From Trypanosoma brucei (taxonomy: Eukaryota), in NCBI GenBank assembly GCA_000002445.1, contig CP000067.1, positions 928,001-992,000 of the forward strand: a stretch of 64,000 nucleotides of DNA, written 5' to 3'. A program made the translations under genes and the position numbers. Every line of letters begins with the position of its first letter. The stretch's first letter is position 1. Of the stretch, positions 1 through 10,988 are shown in pieces. The notes below the pieces were generated by a model. The model was not told the origin of the DNA. It saw only the letters and a program-made list of their open reading frames with translations, and made no database searches.

Positions 1-223
1 CCGGCAAACGAACTTCGACACGCACGCAATCAATATTCAATTATGCTAGAACTTAAATACCACAATATATACAAAAGGAAGCCGCACAAAGGGAAAAGAA
101 GGATAAGCTGTAACCTTTAAAACGGCAAAGGAGCAACGCACCAAATCTGCGGGGTAAACACAAACTCATTTTTAAAACTGAATTAGTCGTTGCTTCTCAA
201 TAGTAGTCCATGCAGTGTCTTCC

Positions 224-1669
224 TCACGGAGTGGTGACGACGCCGCGCAACATATTCTTACACGGTCCCTCCCGCTCTGCGCTTATTAGTTGCTCAATGA
301 GGTCTGGTCGCCCCACAATGCTGGCGCCTCTCGCACAGGCGACACGCACCATATCACTTCTGTGTGTCTTGTAAACATCAAACACATCCTTAATGAAACG
401 ATCGTAGTTTACCAAAGCAACATAAATTATTGTGTACGCCAATTGTCCGACAATGCGATTGGCGCTCAACTGATCGTCAGAAATGCGGAATACGCGCTCC
501 TCATCCGGTGCCCGCTCAGCCGCCGCTGTCAGAAACCTAAGTTCTTCCAACAGTTCGTTGGGGCCCTTGACACACTGCTCCTTTGCCAACGCCGCTAGTA
601 TGTCAACGGGAGTGTCCAGAGGGTATGTTGTCCCCATCACAGTGTTGAAACGCTGGACGAGGGGCTTGCCGCCGCAAAGTCGAGTGTTCTTCGGATAATT
701 AATGTTGCAGAAAATGGGGACATCCAACAACGTTTCCTCACCAGCCTCACTGGATGCAAGACGGTGGTCTACTTGCAGGTCCAGTCGTGTGTGAAACATC
801 AATAATGACTTTGAGTAGACGGTTCGGAATGCGGCCATCCGCAACGGTGTTCCGTCAAGATGTTCGTTACCATCACTCAGGAGCAGTGGCCACCCAAAGA
901 CAAAGGGATTGGATTTCATCATCCTGTCCTCCACAAGACGAAAATGTGGGGAGGTTCCAAGAAACACACTGTATTCACAAGGGTAGTCAAGTTCAAGGTC
1001 CTTTGGATCTCGCCGACGCATGTCCGCCACGAAACGATCCTTCACACTGGTGGGACTTAGCGTTACACCAAGCCTCTCCTGTGTTGACGTTTCCATGGCA
1101 TTTTGCACAGACTCGTAGTAGGGAAGATTTTTCTTCATATGTTCTGCGTCGACATCCAGAAACTCTGAAAAGATGCGCTTAAGTGACTCAAGGGTAGGCT
1201 TCACAGCATACCACAGCAACGGTGGGAAATGGTCTGAAATCTGTATGAGCAACTTTTCAACAGAACTGTTATGATCCCACAGTAGTTTGCATGAATGTTG
1301 TGGCTCATTCACAACGGGGGAGTCTTCCCTGTCGGCAAACGCAAAGGCTTCGCCAATGACGGTGTACTCCGCTTCCTCGTTACCAAGACAGAGACGCCGG
1401 CGCACAATACTGCTCATCCGCGCCGGATCCCATAGCTCCTTGTCGAAACTAAATCGGCGGCGACGCCACGACAACTCATCATATACTTTCACATCACAGG
1501 AAATTGTCTTCTCCGATTTTTGTGCGTCACTGCAGAGCTGTGCTATCCATGAAGGCTTCTGTAAATTGGCACCACTGCCAGTAGAAATGGACCTACAACG
1601 ACGCAGCGATGGTGCGTGTAGTGTGCTCACTGAGAAAAAGACGCGGCCGCAGGCCCCGAAACATCTCAT
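224..1669 (-). CDS. Hypothetical protein (481 aa), possibly organellar; no recognisable domain
   Basis: The long uninterrupted ORF is co-oriented with its neighbours in a minus-strand polycistron. Codon usage and composition resemble the adjacent genes. An Arg-rich N-terminus suggests a targeting peptide. I recognise no motif. Confidence 0.55.
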   Translation of the reverse strand: MRCFGACGRVFFSVSTLHAPSLRRCRSISTGSGANLQKPSWIAQLCSDAQKSEKTISCDVKVYDELSWRRRRFSFDKELWDPARMSSIVRRRLCLGNEEAEYTVIGEAFAFADREDSPVVNEPQHSCKLLWDHNSSVEKLLIQISDHFPPLLWYAVKPTLESLKRIFSEFLDVDAEHMKKNLPYYESVQNAMETSTQERLGVTLSPTSVKDRFVADMRRRDPKDLELDYPCEYSVFLGTSPHFRLVEDRMMKSNPFVFGWPLLLSDGNEHLDGTPLRMAAFRTVYSKSLLMFHTRLDLQVDHRLASSEAGEETLLDVPIFCNINYPKNTRLCGGKPLVQRFNTVMGTTYPLDTPVDILAALAKEQCVKGPNELLEELRFLTAAAERAPDEERVFRISDDQLSANRIVGQLAYTIIYVALVNYDRFIKDVFDVYKTHRSDMVRVACARGASIVGRPDLIEQLISAEREGPCKNMLRGVVTTP

Positions 1670-2041
1670 GTTCGCCCTCCGTTAGCCCCTAGTGCAGACT
1701 GCAACCTAATAAAACACACACTCCGAACACGGCCGTTCACCCCCTGTGCGGTGCCAAAATGAAAAAAAAAAGGACAGCACGTTCCTGTGTATGAATGGGT
1801 GTGAGGCAAAGAGGAGGGATTAATAAAAAAACAAATGAGAAACAATGTTGTCACTGCGCTCGTAACGGACGTGCGCATCCACATTTACCCGCTTGCAGCG
1901 CGGGGCGGTACCACATTGACACCCCGAATATTAGTCTTACGCGCCAAAACGACGTCTCGCACAGCCTACGTATACCTCCATACGATCGGTACTGCGTTAT
2001 GATTATCGAGTCCACACACACACACATCGAACGGTTCTGGG

Positions 2042-3421
2042 TTACACAAACAGCAGCGCTCCATCCTCACTCTCCGGTTCGCGATATGCAACAGTTGGAA
2101 GCTGTGATTTTGAAATTGGCCGCGTCACCTCCGAAGTGAAGAGACGTGCATACGTCTTCTCGTAACGTAGGGGTGCCTGGTCCTCTGCAGGGCTGCTAAA
2201 AACAGAAACCATCAGCGGTACTGTGGGGATAAAGTGACGTTCCAGTGCTGTAAGCTCCCATAATGTGCTGTGCAGTGCGTGAGATTCTCCCAATGGAGCA
2301 TCAGGTACGAAAGGGTCGTTCCCGTCAAACAGCGTTGCTGCCAGTCGGCCCGCCTCCCTTGCTCTATCCCCAGCATCCGAATGTGCAACCTCGTGGTCAT
2401 CATTAGCTGGCACAAATGCCTCCTTCGTGGACCGGTGGATCAATGCGAGGCAGTTTTGGTGACGCTGCAGCACCTTACGGATAAAGGGGAGCACAAAGTA
2501 AAGAACAGGAGCAGGGGAAAGCGTCGCCACGCGAGCTACTTTTTTCGCGAAAGCGGCGGCAATGTACGCTGGCACACGAAGAGATGTTAAAGAAAGATCC
2601 AGCAAACGAAACAGATCGTAGCGATGCCGTGAGGCAAAGGAGTCCGGGGTGAGCAGAGTGTAAAGTTGCTGATAGTAATTAGGGTACTCCAATCCGTGGT
2701 CTAGCATAAGAATGAATATGCCGTGCAGTGCAAGCACGGCAATGAGACCGCCACTGGCAAAGCAACCGCTCAAATAATCTGCTACAACGAGAGGATTCGT
2801 CAGGTACGGCAAAATCACATCGCCCATCCGATGCAGTATGTGCACATGCAATGCCGCCTCTGCCGCATGCTGGAGGCAAGGCATCCACAACGCGGTGAAG
2901 TAGTGCCGATGGGCTCTCTCCGAGAAAACAGAAAGAACCGAAGACATCATAAGCTTTCGCCGTTCAGCGGCGTTGGAGTGGACGTACGCTTCGTCCGACT
3001 CGTAGTTTTTCTTTTCATCACGCAGGAAGTCCCACCGAAGGCATAGCTTGGACAGATCGGGCAGCGCACGGCCGTAGAAGAGAACAAAAACATTCACCGC
3101 TAGCGTTGAAACATTACACTTGTCATTGCGCATCCGTTTCTTCGTGAAGCGGGACAACAACGAGCCGGCGGTGCGATAAAGAAAAAACCAGACATCGTCA
3201 CTTCCGCCCCTAATGTTACACAGCACGTCCCGCAACTGTGATACTTGCGGGTTGCACTCATTAGGACTCACATGATCACGTACGGGTTTCAGCAGCGCAG
3301 AACAGAGACAATTTTCGACCAGGGGTCGCACGGTTGCATCAAAACAGTCACAAAGGTCGTGAAATGTCGAGCATTTGTCACAGCTCTGCAGTGCCTTCGT
3401 GAATTCTTTCTCCATTGTCAC
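2042..3421 (-). CDS. CBF/Mak21-family (Noc4-like nucleolar complex) protein, putative
   Basis: The 459-aa ORF lies in the same minus-strand block. The segment 'LSGCFASGGLIAVLALHGIFILMLDHGLEYPNYYQQLYTLLTPDSF' resembles the conserved CBF/Noc4 domain. Product assignment comes from memory of the family only. Confidence 0.45.
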   Translation of the reverse strand: MTMEKEFTKALQSCDKCSTFHDLCDCFDATVRPLVENCLCSALLKPVRDHVSPNECNPQVSQLRDVLCNIRGGSDDVWFFLYRTAGSLLSRFTKKRMRNDKCNVSTLAVNVFVLFYGRALPDLSKLCLRWDFLRDEKKNYESDEAYVHSNAAERRKLMMSSVLSVFSERAHRHYFTALWMPCLQHAAEAALHVHILHRMGDVILPYLTNPLVVADYLSGCFASGGLIAVLALHGIFILMLDHGLEYPNYYQQLYTLLTPDSFASRHRYDLFRLLDLSLTSLRVPAYIAAAFAKKVARVATLSPAPVLYFVLPFIRKVLQRHQNCLALIHRSTKEAFVPANDDHEVAHSDAGDRAREAGRLAATLFDGNDPFVPDAPLGESHALHSTLWELTALERHFIPTVPLMVSVFSSPAEDQAPLRYEKTYARLFTSEVTRPISKSQLPTVAYREPESEDGALLFV

Positions 3422-3754
3422 TACTATTCCCCTTGTATCCCTTCCCCGTCACCACAGCACCAAAGGTATCCCGAAGCGGCTGCTGGAAATACCACGGCGC
3501 CCTCCCTCTTTACTACGCAAAGGAAGTGTGGCAGATGCCTTTACAAAACACCTTCCCGCGTGTCGCTCGCCACTTGGCACAAACTTTTATTTGAAACAAT
3601 GGACAAAGTGTTGAAACAAAAACGACAGGTAGAAAAAGTAAGGAGCAAAGGCCAGCTGGCAAAAAGTGAGCAACTTACAGACACATAAGCAGCGCAACGC
3701 ATGCACCCAGATATATATCTATGTATTGATACAACTATCACTATAACAAGCGAC

Positions 3755-4603
3755 TCATGTCTTGTGCACATCGAGAAGCTCCGTGATAAGGCTAGGACAA
3801 TCATCTGGTGCCACAGTCCCACGGGTCAGCTGCGCCACTACAACAGTTACATCATCCTGTTTCCCGCCCATGTAGTGGTAGCCTACAGCGCGCGCCTGCT
3901 TGGCAAACGGCGAGTCAAATCCCTTGTTTGCACCGTTCCGGCACGCACAAGCCACAAGGTTTTCCGCGACCCGTTGGCATCCATCACGGTTGACAGCGTC
4001 GAGATGCCGAAGAATGTCTGACATATCAACATTGTCGAGCAATCCATCACTTGCACACAAAAATACGTCGCCCTCACTTACCTCCAGCGTTGTTCGGTCC
4101 CCAACGCTCGGCGGATCCTCGGGGAGCTGGTACGGGCAGTTGAAGCTATGCTGTTGGGGTTCTGTTGCGAAGAAAAGCTTGGAACTACGCAAACAAATCG
4201 TCCCACAGTCTCCAAGGTTCAAGACAGAGGCAAAGCGACCGTCAAGAAGGGTCACAAGAGTTACGGGGCAACCCCCGGGCTGCTTCAGCTTCTGCGCCTC
4301 CGTGTACCCGTAGGTTAAGGCCTGCAACGCCCCAATGGTCCCGCGGTTGTCATCTTCTTGGAGCGCACGAAGCGTATGTTTCATGACATTCCGCGTGTAT
4401 ACTCCCGGATCAACACCATAACTTGCGTAGCCACCCACACCATCCGCAACTCCAATTCCACTTGTGTGAACCACAAAGGCATCCTCGCCGCCTGTTTTGG
4501 CTTTTTCAGGATGCGGTGCCGCAAACACACCACGACGACCAAACCACAGCAGGGGCCTAGCTGAACAGAGAAATCGGGTCGACGGTGTAAACATTGCGCT
4601 CAA
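3755..4603 (-). CDS. PPM/PP2C-type Ser/Thr protein phosphatase (PTC7-like), putative
   Basis: The 282-aa ORF has PP2C metal-binding motifs: 'GGEDAFVV', 'GVADGVGG', 'LNLGDCG' and 'GGKQDDVTVVVAQL' (the C-terminal DD motif). The basic N-terminus 'FLCSARPLLWFGRRGVF' looks like a mitochondrial presequence. Confidence 0.7.
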   Translation of the reverse strand: MSAMFTPSTRFLCSARPLLWFGRRGVFAAPHPEKAKTGGEDAFVVHTSGIGVADGVGGYASYGVDPGVYTRNVMKHTLRALQEDDNRGTIGALQALTYGYTEAQKLKQPGGCPVTLVTLLDGRFASVLNLGDCGTICLRSSKLFFATEPQQHSFNCPYQLPEDPPSVGDRTTLEVSEGDVFLCASDGLLDNVDMSDILRHLDAVNRDGCQRVAENLVACACRNGANKGFDSPFAKQARAVGYHYMGGKQDDVTVVVAQLTRGTVAPDDCPSLITELLDVHKT

Positions 4604-4833
4604 TTTATTTTTTTGTTTTTTTTGTTTTGTAAATTACAAAGTTTGAGGGTGGAAAGGATCTCACAGTAGATGAAGTCATAGAGACCGACGATCCACGGTA
4701 GCACACGAAAGGACTGGAAAGGGGGAGGGGACAACAAGGGGAAAAACAGATCGGTGGACCCCACCCATGTACATGCGCACGTGCATATAGATAAACAACG
4801 ATAAGTGCCCCCATATGTGAAGATAGAAACAGG

Positions 4834-6153
4834 TTACCGCCTAATCATCTCCTCCTTCGTCGTGCCATCTTCGAACGTTGTCACACGCACACCGTCGGCG
4901 CGATCGAGGATGGACGTGTTGTTTGCATATTGGAACAGCATACTACCGTCAGGGTAGGCTGTTGTAGTTAACTCCCTTTTCCTAAATACTCTCGTACCAT
5001 CGGGCTTGAGAAGTGTCACATCTCCATTACGATATGAATATTGCCACGTGCCGTCAGGCAACTGCGTACATTTGGGATCAGGCTCCGCAGAAGCCTTGTT
5101 CTCGCATGGGTCCATACCCTCCGTCTGGGGCTGCTTGGCCTGCACCCCAGGCACGCGTTCGGGAGAGGAGGGTTCGCTGTTAGCAGATGGTGTTGTTGTA
5201 ACCTCAACCGTATCATGTGTCAAAAAAGTAGCCCCACTGTCTCTTAGCCCGCTCATTGCCTTCGTTACCGCTTCACGCTCCAACTTCATGCGATGAACCC
5301 GGATCTTCTCCCCCCGATCACTGGAGGCGTAGTAGGTCTCTGCTTTTTTTAACTGCTGAAGAATGAACCCCCAGTTCATCCGAGACACGGCGTCACGTGC
5401 TACCTTCTCACGAATTTCGCTCAACTTCTTGCCCACGCCCTCCGACATCGGTGCAGTCATGGCAAATGCTTCAGCCGCAGCTTTAGTATCATAAAGCGAG
5501 GCGCGCGCTGCACGACACCACGGTGGCGGCGGAGCCGCCGCTACAGATCCGCTGGATTCAGCACGAACTGCCTCCACTAGCACAGCTTCCGTTACGTTGA
5601 CCACTGCCAGTGGCCAAAGACCGAGAAGTAATGGGGAGCGTTGAGCGGGCATATTCACGACGAGGAGCGGACGTTCCCCCGCTTGCTGTGCATCGTAGAC
5701 TAACCACGTCCATCCGGCTTCTCGGCGGTTCGACGCATGTATAACGAGCTCCTCCACAAGAGCGGCCATCGATCCGAACTGCCGCTCAACAATACATCGC
5801 CATTCCGGCGGTAGCGCGCCGTCGGTCCCACACCCACACCGCTCTACAAAGTCATAGCAGAAATCCTCGCTGGCAAGAAAGTTGATTCGGTGTTTGAGGC
5901 ACGGCACACAAGGGTGTTTCAAAAAGTTATCATCGCTCGCGATCTCAGACAGCGGGATTTTGCGTTCGAGAACGGGACAATTAGACATATGTGGTTCCCT
6001 CTGCTTGGACACGTGACCAGTGGCCACAATGAGGTGCGCGGCGCATACCGAAGCCCCGGTCGGCACGGGTGGATCGAGCAGCGGCAGCAGCGCCGGCAGC
6101 AACCGATGCAACTCCCGTGCGTTGCGCAACGATGTTACAGTCCTCCGCAGCAT
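4834..6153 (-). CDS. Hypothetical protein with C-terminal TCP10/CPAP G-box-like repeats
   Basis: The 439-aa ORF is in the minus polycistron. Its C-terminus carries repeated 'PDGT/ADGV...F..G' units: 'LPDGTWQYSYRNGDVTLLKPDGTRVFRKRELTTTAYPDGSMLFQYANNTSILDRADGVRVTTFEDGTTKEE'. This is typical of the G-box beta-sheet repeat of the SAS-4/CPAP/TCP10 family. Confidence 0.5.
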   Translation of the reverse strand: MLRRTVTSLRNARELHRLLPALLPLLDPPVPTGASVCAAHLIVATGHVSKQREPHMSNCPVLERKIPLSEIASDDNFLKHPCVPCLKHRINFLASEDFCYDFVERCGCGTDGALPPEWRCIVERQFGSMAALVEELVIHASNRREAGWTWLVYDAQQAGERPLLVVNMPAQRSPLLLGLWPLAVVNVTEAVLVEAVRAESSGSVAAAPPPPWCRAARASLYDTKAAAEAFAMTAPMSEGVGKKLSEIREKVARDAVSRMNWGFILQQLKKAETYYASSDRGEKIRVHRMKLEREAVTKAMSGLRDSGATFLTHDTVEVTTTPSANSEPSSPERVPGVQAKQPQTEGMDPCENKASAEPDPKCTQLPDGTWQYSYRNGDVTLLKPDGTRVFRKRELTTTAYPDGSMLFQYANNTSILDRADGVRVTTFEDGTTKEEMIRR

Positions 6154-6466
6154 GGCAACAGGTGATGGGTCACCTTGTACTATTCCTCCCCCTCAAAAAG
6201 GACAAGCACCTTGGTACAGCAACGGACGAAAGGAAGAATCATTTCAGGCGAAGAAAGGGGTAAAGGTAGTGGACAGATGATTAAAAACAAAAGCGACGAT
6301 GATAAACCAAGTAACAATACAGATCAATGGAGAAATAGGAAAGGTAGGCGTACGATCGAACCGCTGGGAGGGAAAAATCCATACAAAATACATGGGACCA
6401 GACCCAGGACACTCGGTAAGAACAGTCAGTACAAACAAAATGGTACACGCACATCTCGAAAAGTGT

Positions 6467-9040
6467 TTAACCTACTTCAAAGGACCGCCATTCAGGTTTT
6501 TCCTTGTTCTTCTTCAACTTGCAGTGCAAGGCGTACGACTTACCATACATTGCAGCAGCTTTTCGAATTGACTTATCTGTTAAGTCCGCGCAATTACTAC
6601 TACGCGTGCGGGCTTTTGAAAGAAGCGCCTTCCCCACGCTATCGTCGCGTATGCTGTGCTTAACATACAACTCCAGCCATTGAATAGCATTGTCAGCGGT
6701 CATGCTGTTGGCGAGACGCAAGACACACCTTCCCACAACTCGAAAAAAAACGTTAGGGAGTTCAGGTGCTCGCCTAACCGCCTCAAGCGTGCGCATCAAC
6801 ATATTTTCGTCCATGGCTTGTAACGCAGAGGTCGCTGAACGACAAACAGCGGCAAGCGCATCCTTATCGTCCACGACATTAACAATCGCCCTAAGTGCAT
6901 CTTCTGCCTCCAGGTCGTTGGCACCAAGCGGTTGGCGTTTGCTAAGCGCCGAAGCCATTGAAAGAAGTTGCTTCCTCGCATCAGCTACAATGGATATTAT
7001 CAAAAATAGATCAAGCGTTGTCAGGTCCTCTGCTTGCGCCTGGGCCAGGACATCCGCACCAGGAAGCGCGAGAAACCCCGCGCGTCGATTTTCACTGCAA
7101 GTGGCAGCAATGAGCACAATATCCGATACGCTCCATCCTTCGAGGGATGTCAGGTTCTGTAGCAATCCGGATTGCTGGAAGTATGTCACGAACTTCAGCT
7201 TCCGTGCAGCCACGGCTATGGCAGTGAGACTCGTGCGATCGGGACCGCAGCGGCCAAGGTGTTCGAGAAGCGCACGAAACATCAAAACGTCGCGAGATTT
7301 TAGGGCGACAAGCACTTCACAAAGTTCTCGAACGTCCGCAGACGTCAGACTGGTGAGGGCCCTTGAAACGTTGGTCAGCAGAACCGTCGGTAGCGATGCG
7401 TTCCCAACATTTAAGCCCGCCAGCAACCTCAACAGACGAATGTTAGCTTCTGTTGATAGGGACCCCTCACGCTGCAGCTGCTCCAGCGTCCTACGAAGGA
7501 CCGCATAAACTCGGGCGTCGTCGAGAAGACTTCTACCTTTTGCAATCTGAAGTGCTTGCAAAACCATTTCCAGTAACTCAGCTGTTAATACACTGGTCTG
7601 GTGTGGACCACTCTTGCGACGATCGAACTTACGAACCGTCGTGAAGCGATTAACTACCTCTTTAAAAAAAGCGCTTGTGGCACTTTCACCCGTGCGCGCT
7701 CCTGCATACATCATGTAAACCGCATCCTGCTGGTTGAAGGATTGTAGTGGGTTAGCAAGATAAGATGCCTTACAAAGAGTGACGGCACGCGGTGGAAACA
7801 CCCGCAATGAACGCATGGCGCGGATGAGGTCCCTTGTGTCGGAGGGTGAAAGTGACGCTTCCGCATCCTGTATGTTTTCTTCGAACCGTCCAAGTAACTT
7901 ACCGGCCTCCTGTGGTGCTACCATTGACAAACAACGCAGCCGCCACGGTACAGCTTTGTCCACAAAATTTTTCCCTTTCGCCCCAGCCACAGCCATGGTG
8001 CATAGCGTACGATGAAGTTCAGTACGAATACGGGGAGCCGTACCAGAAAGCGTGGAAAGGCTTTCGCAGCATTTCAAAATTTCGTCTTGTGACATTCCCG
8101 GAAGAAGCTGTAGCAGTAAGTCCTCAAACATTTCACTGAGAGTTGTCTCATTAAGCACCGCCATAGAATGAAGCAACCCAACTGCGTGTGCGGCCTCAAC
8201 CTCGCCAGTCCTCCGACGACATAGAGCCTCCTGTAGCGCAACTAGCCACTCCGAGTTGGCAGTCTCCGCGGAGCGGCGCGTTGCGAGAACGTTCGCCACC
8301 TCCAACACCTGTGCGGCGCTCAGCATCTCTCGGGTGATGGAAAGGGTAACCGCACGAAGTTCGGCGAAGGTATCACCGCGCAAAAATATCCCGAGTTTGG
8401 CGCACAAGCAAACCGCACAAGGGCGGTTATCACCGCACCCTTCAATGCGTTGCGCTGTCAGTGCGGCTAGTCTGGTTGACACTGCTACAAACGAACCCGA
8501 CACAAGCTGGCGACCGCAGCGACTTTGTGGCGTGGGAAGCAGAGAGTGCCAATATGAAGCACAAAGTGTGAGGTGTTCCTCCAGCGTCATGGTACTGAGC
8601 ATAGCCACAACACTGCTTGTGAACCACCCACGCTCAAACACAACACGTGACCACAGTGGCCCAGAGCCCGGCTCCTCCTGAATCCGCTTGCCGATCGCTA
8701 AAATGTGCTGGCCACAAACCTGCGGCGCGCATTTTGAAAGAAATTCACCCACCTTCATTTCGAGGTGGCTCTCTGCGGGATACGATACGCGATGCATGAA
8801 ATAGAGCAGGTCTGTTGCATCATCCACCTCCTCAATGGACTGCTCGAATTTCAGTTCGTGCAGATACGTCCGAGCCTGTTGGAGCTCTCGCGGTTCACTC
8901 ACAGAACGTGCTATTAACGACTGAATATGCTCGGCATGTGGCCTCCACAACTTCGAAATCCATAAAGTCAGTGATCGACGCATCCCCCGCCGCCGATTCA
9001 AAGCAATACCTGTGGCACTACCGTCTCCGATTTCACACAA
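6467..9040 (-). CDS. Hypothetical Leu/Ala/Arg-rich protein (857 aa)
   Basis: A very long ORF co-directional with its neighbours. It is helical-repeat-like in composition (Leu/Ala/Arg-rich) with no catalytic motif recognised. Confidence 0.6.
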   Translation of the reverse strand: MCEIGDGSATGIALNRRRGMRRSLTLWISKLWRPHAEHIQSLIARSVSEPRELQQARTYLHELKFEQSIEEVDDATDLLYFMHRVSYPAESHLEMKVGEFLSKCAPQVCGQHILAIGKRIQEEPGSGPLWSRVVFERGWFTSSVVAMLSTMTLEEHLTLCASYWHSLLPTPQSRCGRQLVSGSFVAVSTRLAALTAQRIEGCGDNRPCAVCLCAKLGIFLRGDTFAELRAVTLSITREMLSAAQVLEVANVLATRRSAETANSEWLVALQEALCRRRTGEVEAAHAVGLLHSMAVLNETTLSEMFEDLLLQLLPGMSQDEILKCCESLSTLSGTAPRIRTELHRTLCTMAVAGAKGKNFVDKAVPWRLRCLSMVAPQEAGKLLGRFEENIQDAEASLSPSDTRDLIRAMRSLRVFPPRAVTLCKASYLANPLQSFNQQDAVYMMYAGARTGESATSAFFKEVVNRFTTVRKFDRRKSGPHQTSVLTAELLEMVLQALQIAKGRSLLDDARVYAVLRRTLEQLQREGSLSTEANIRLLRLLAGLNVGNASLPTVLLTNVSRALTSLTSADVRELCEVLVALKSRDVLMFRALLEHLGRCGPDRTSLTAIAVAARKLKFVTYFQQSGLLQNLTSLEGWSVSDIVLIAATCSENRRAGFLALPGADVLAQAQAEDLTTLDLFLIISIVADARKQLLSMASALSKRQPLGANDLEAEDALRAIVNVVDDKDALAAVCRSATSALQAMDENMLMRTLEAVRRAPELPNVFFRVVGRCVLRLANSMTADNAIQWLELYVKHSIRDDSVGKALLSKARTRSSNCADLTDKSIRKAAAMYGKSYALHCKLKKNKEKPEWRSFEVG

Positions 9041-9265
9041 AAGAAAACTGACCTCCGTGCACAGAAGCTGCCTAAACCTCCCTCGCTGGAGATGAGAGAG
9101 TCATATCGATGAAAAGATTTGATAAAGGGAAGTAAGGATGAATGAGTGTGAGAAGCCTTGAATTAAAGAAGGGGAATAAACCGAAGCATTAAAACAACTT
9201 ATAGGACAACGCGTATGTATGTGACGATGGCAAAATCAGACAGCGGCTCTTGACACCAACTGGAC

Positions 9266-9775
9266 TCAGTCACCTTTTCCATGTTTTATGTCGACCACCA
9301 CAGCGATTGGGGGCGCTTTCCCCACCAACAGTATCCCGTTCCACTTGCTGCGTCTGGAACGAAAGAGGCCAAAGGCGGTGCATGCCCCACAAAGTGCCGT
9401 CAGTGTATCGAGGACAAGCATCACAAGGGAAACAATAAAATCGAGCATCATAACGTACGTTTGTAACCACATGTAATATACGGCACCACCTATCCCCACA
9501 AGCAAAAGAAACACAGTCAAACTTGTAGACCCCACCTCTTCAAGGAGATTTCCGCGCTTGCCGAGAGCAAGGGTGGAAATACCCAACACAAGAAGCAAGA
9601 AAACTGAAATAATCTCCATGAACAACGCCGTGGGTGGAAAGTATAGAGTCGCACCCTTAAAGATAAGTAACGATAAGGTCGTGACAAACCAGAAAACGCA
9701 CCAGCTGCACGTGCAATAGAGCAGCACTTGAAATAAAAGCGAAAGGCATGTCGGCTGCGTCCTGTTCACTCTCAT
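9266..9775 (-). CDS. Small multi-pass membrane protein (169 aa), hypothetical
   Basis: The ORF sits in the minus block and has 4-5 hydrophobic stretches, for example 'VLLYCTCSWCVFWFVTTLSLLIF', 'ISVFLLLVLGISTLALG' and 'VFLLLVGIGGAVYYMWL'. Confidence 0.4.
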   Translation of the reverse strand: MRVNRTQPTCLSLLFQVLLYCTCSWCVFWFVTTLSLLIFKGATLYFPPTALFMEIISVFLLLVLGISTLALGKRGNLLEEVGSTSLTVFLLLVGIGGAVYYMWLQTYVMMLDFIVSLVMLVLDTLTALCGACTAFGLFRSRRSKWNGILLVGKAPPIAVVVDIKHGKGD

Positions 9776-10072
9776 TCAGCTTCAAAAATAAGGAACACTC
9801 TACCACCATATGTTACGGCGAGGTGATGTTTTGGTGTGTTGTAAGCATGTTGTCACCGATGACGAAAAAAAAAGAGGGGAAGAGGTTATTGTTTACCAAA
9901 CAATTAAAAACCTTCAGTGTTAACAAGTGCATATAAAGGGAGAACCCATACTCAGGGGAAATGATCCACAAACACATTTACTCGTTCATTGCAACTTGCT
10001 CCCGTGTATCCTTCAATGGGGGAAAGGGGGTTTTAGTTAGTTAATAGGTGCGAGGCGCAAAGAAAACTGCTA

Positions 10073-10762
10073 CTATTCCTCATCAATAGAGTCATCATCC
10101 TCATCGTCACACCCTGGCCCTTTGGCGGAACGCCGGAGAATTGTCCGCCGTTCGCGCTCCCTCAAACGGCCTAGGCGTTCTCGCTCTTGTTGCCGGACAT
10201 TAGCTTGCTTCGAGGCCTTTAGCTGACGGATGTCTAATCCTCTCAACGGTTTCAAATCCTCGTCACTATCTTCCCGGTCAACAAACAAGAAGTTGCTACA
10301 CGAGCTGCGCTTCACCGGCATTGCACCTGTTCCCCCTCCTTGCCTCGGGACCGAAGCGTCTCCATGAGGATCCCCTTCACTATCACAATCCTCCGTGTCT
10401 TCACCACTACTCTCCATTGTTGTCGCCTCGTAAGGCGTACCCGGAGGCTTTTGACACTTCGCACAGCACCGCAGAGTTGCTGCACAGGTCTGGCATATAT
10501 GATGATATGCATGGGAAATTGAATTCTCGCCGCAGTGATTGCACTTTTTACGACGCTGTAGTTGAGCGTACTTACCGTAGTCAACCTTCCATTGCAGTAT
10601 ATCACAGCAGCGGCGACAGCACAAACTTGTCATGCGTGCCAAAACGCTGGCAGGTACCTTTTCATCGTCTAACTTGTAACGGTAAGGGTCAAACTTCACC
10701 TTATTCATGTGCACCTGATGTGAGCCGCGGGTACCATTCTTCGTGACTCGCCTACTAGGCAT
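10073..10762 (-). CDS. Conserved Cys-rich zinc-finger protein (DUF2039-like), acidic C-terminus
   Basis: The ORF track extends to 10945, but the likely start is the internal Met at 10762 ('MPSRRVTKNG...'). A Cys/His cluster is present: 'CCRRCCDILQWKVDYGKYAQLQRRKKCNHCGENSISHAYHHICQTCAATLRCCAKCQK'. The C-terminus is an acidic tail, 'DDEDDDSIDEE'. Confidence 0.5.
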   Translation of the reverse strand: MPSRRVTKNGTRGSHQVHMNKVKFDPYRYKLDDEKVPASVLARMTSLCCRRCCDILQWKVDYGKYAQLQRRKKCNHCGENSISHAYHHICQTCAATLRCCAKCQKPPGTPYEATTMESSGEDTEDCDSEGDPHGDASVPRQGGGTGAMPVKRSSCSNFLFVDREDSDEDLKPLRGLDIRQLKASKQANVRQQERERLGRLRERERRTILRRSAKGPGCDDEDDDSIDEE

Positions 10763-10988
10763 TGTTTCTGGGATGTAGTGACAGTGACAACAAAACTGGG
10801 CAGAAAGATGGTGTACGGTCGTGCAAAGTAATTGGTTAAGTTCAAGCGGTCCTCGCCACAGGGAGAATAAAGGAACTGCAAACGGATTCTTAACAGGCAT
10901 AAACACAAGAAAGGAGAAGGAAGAGGGCAAGTACATGCAAGTCACCTTAGCAACGCTAGCACTGTATAATGCACGTTGCTCCCATATG

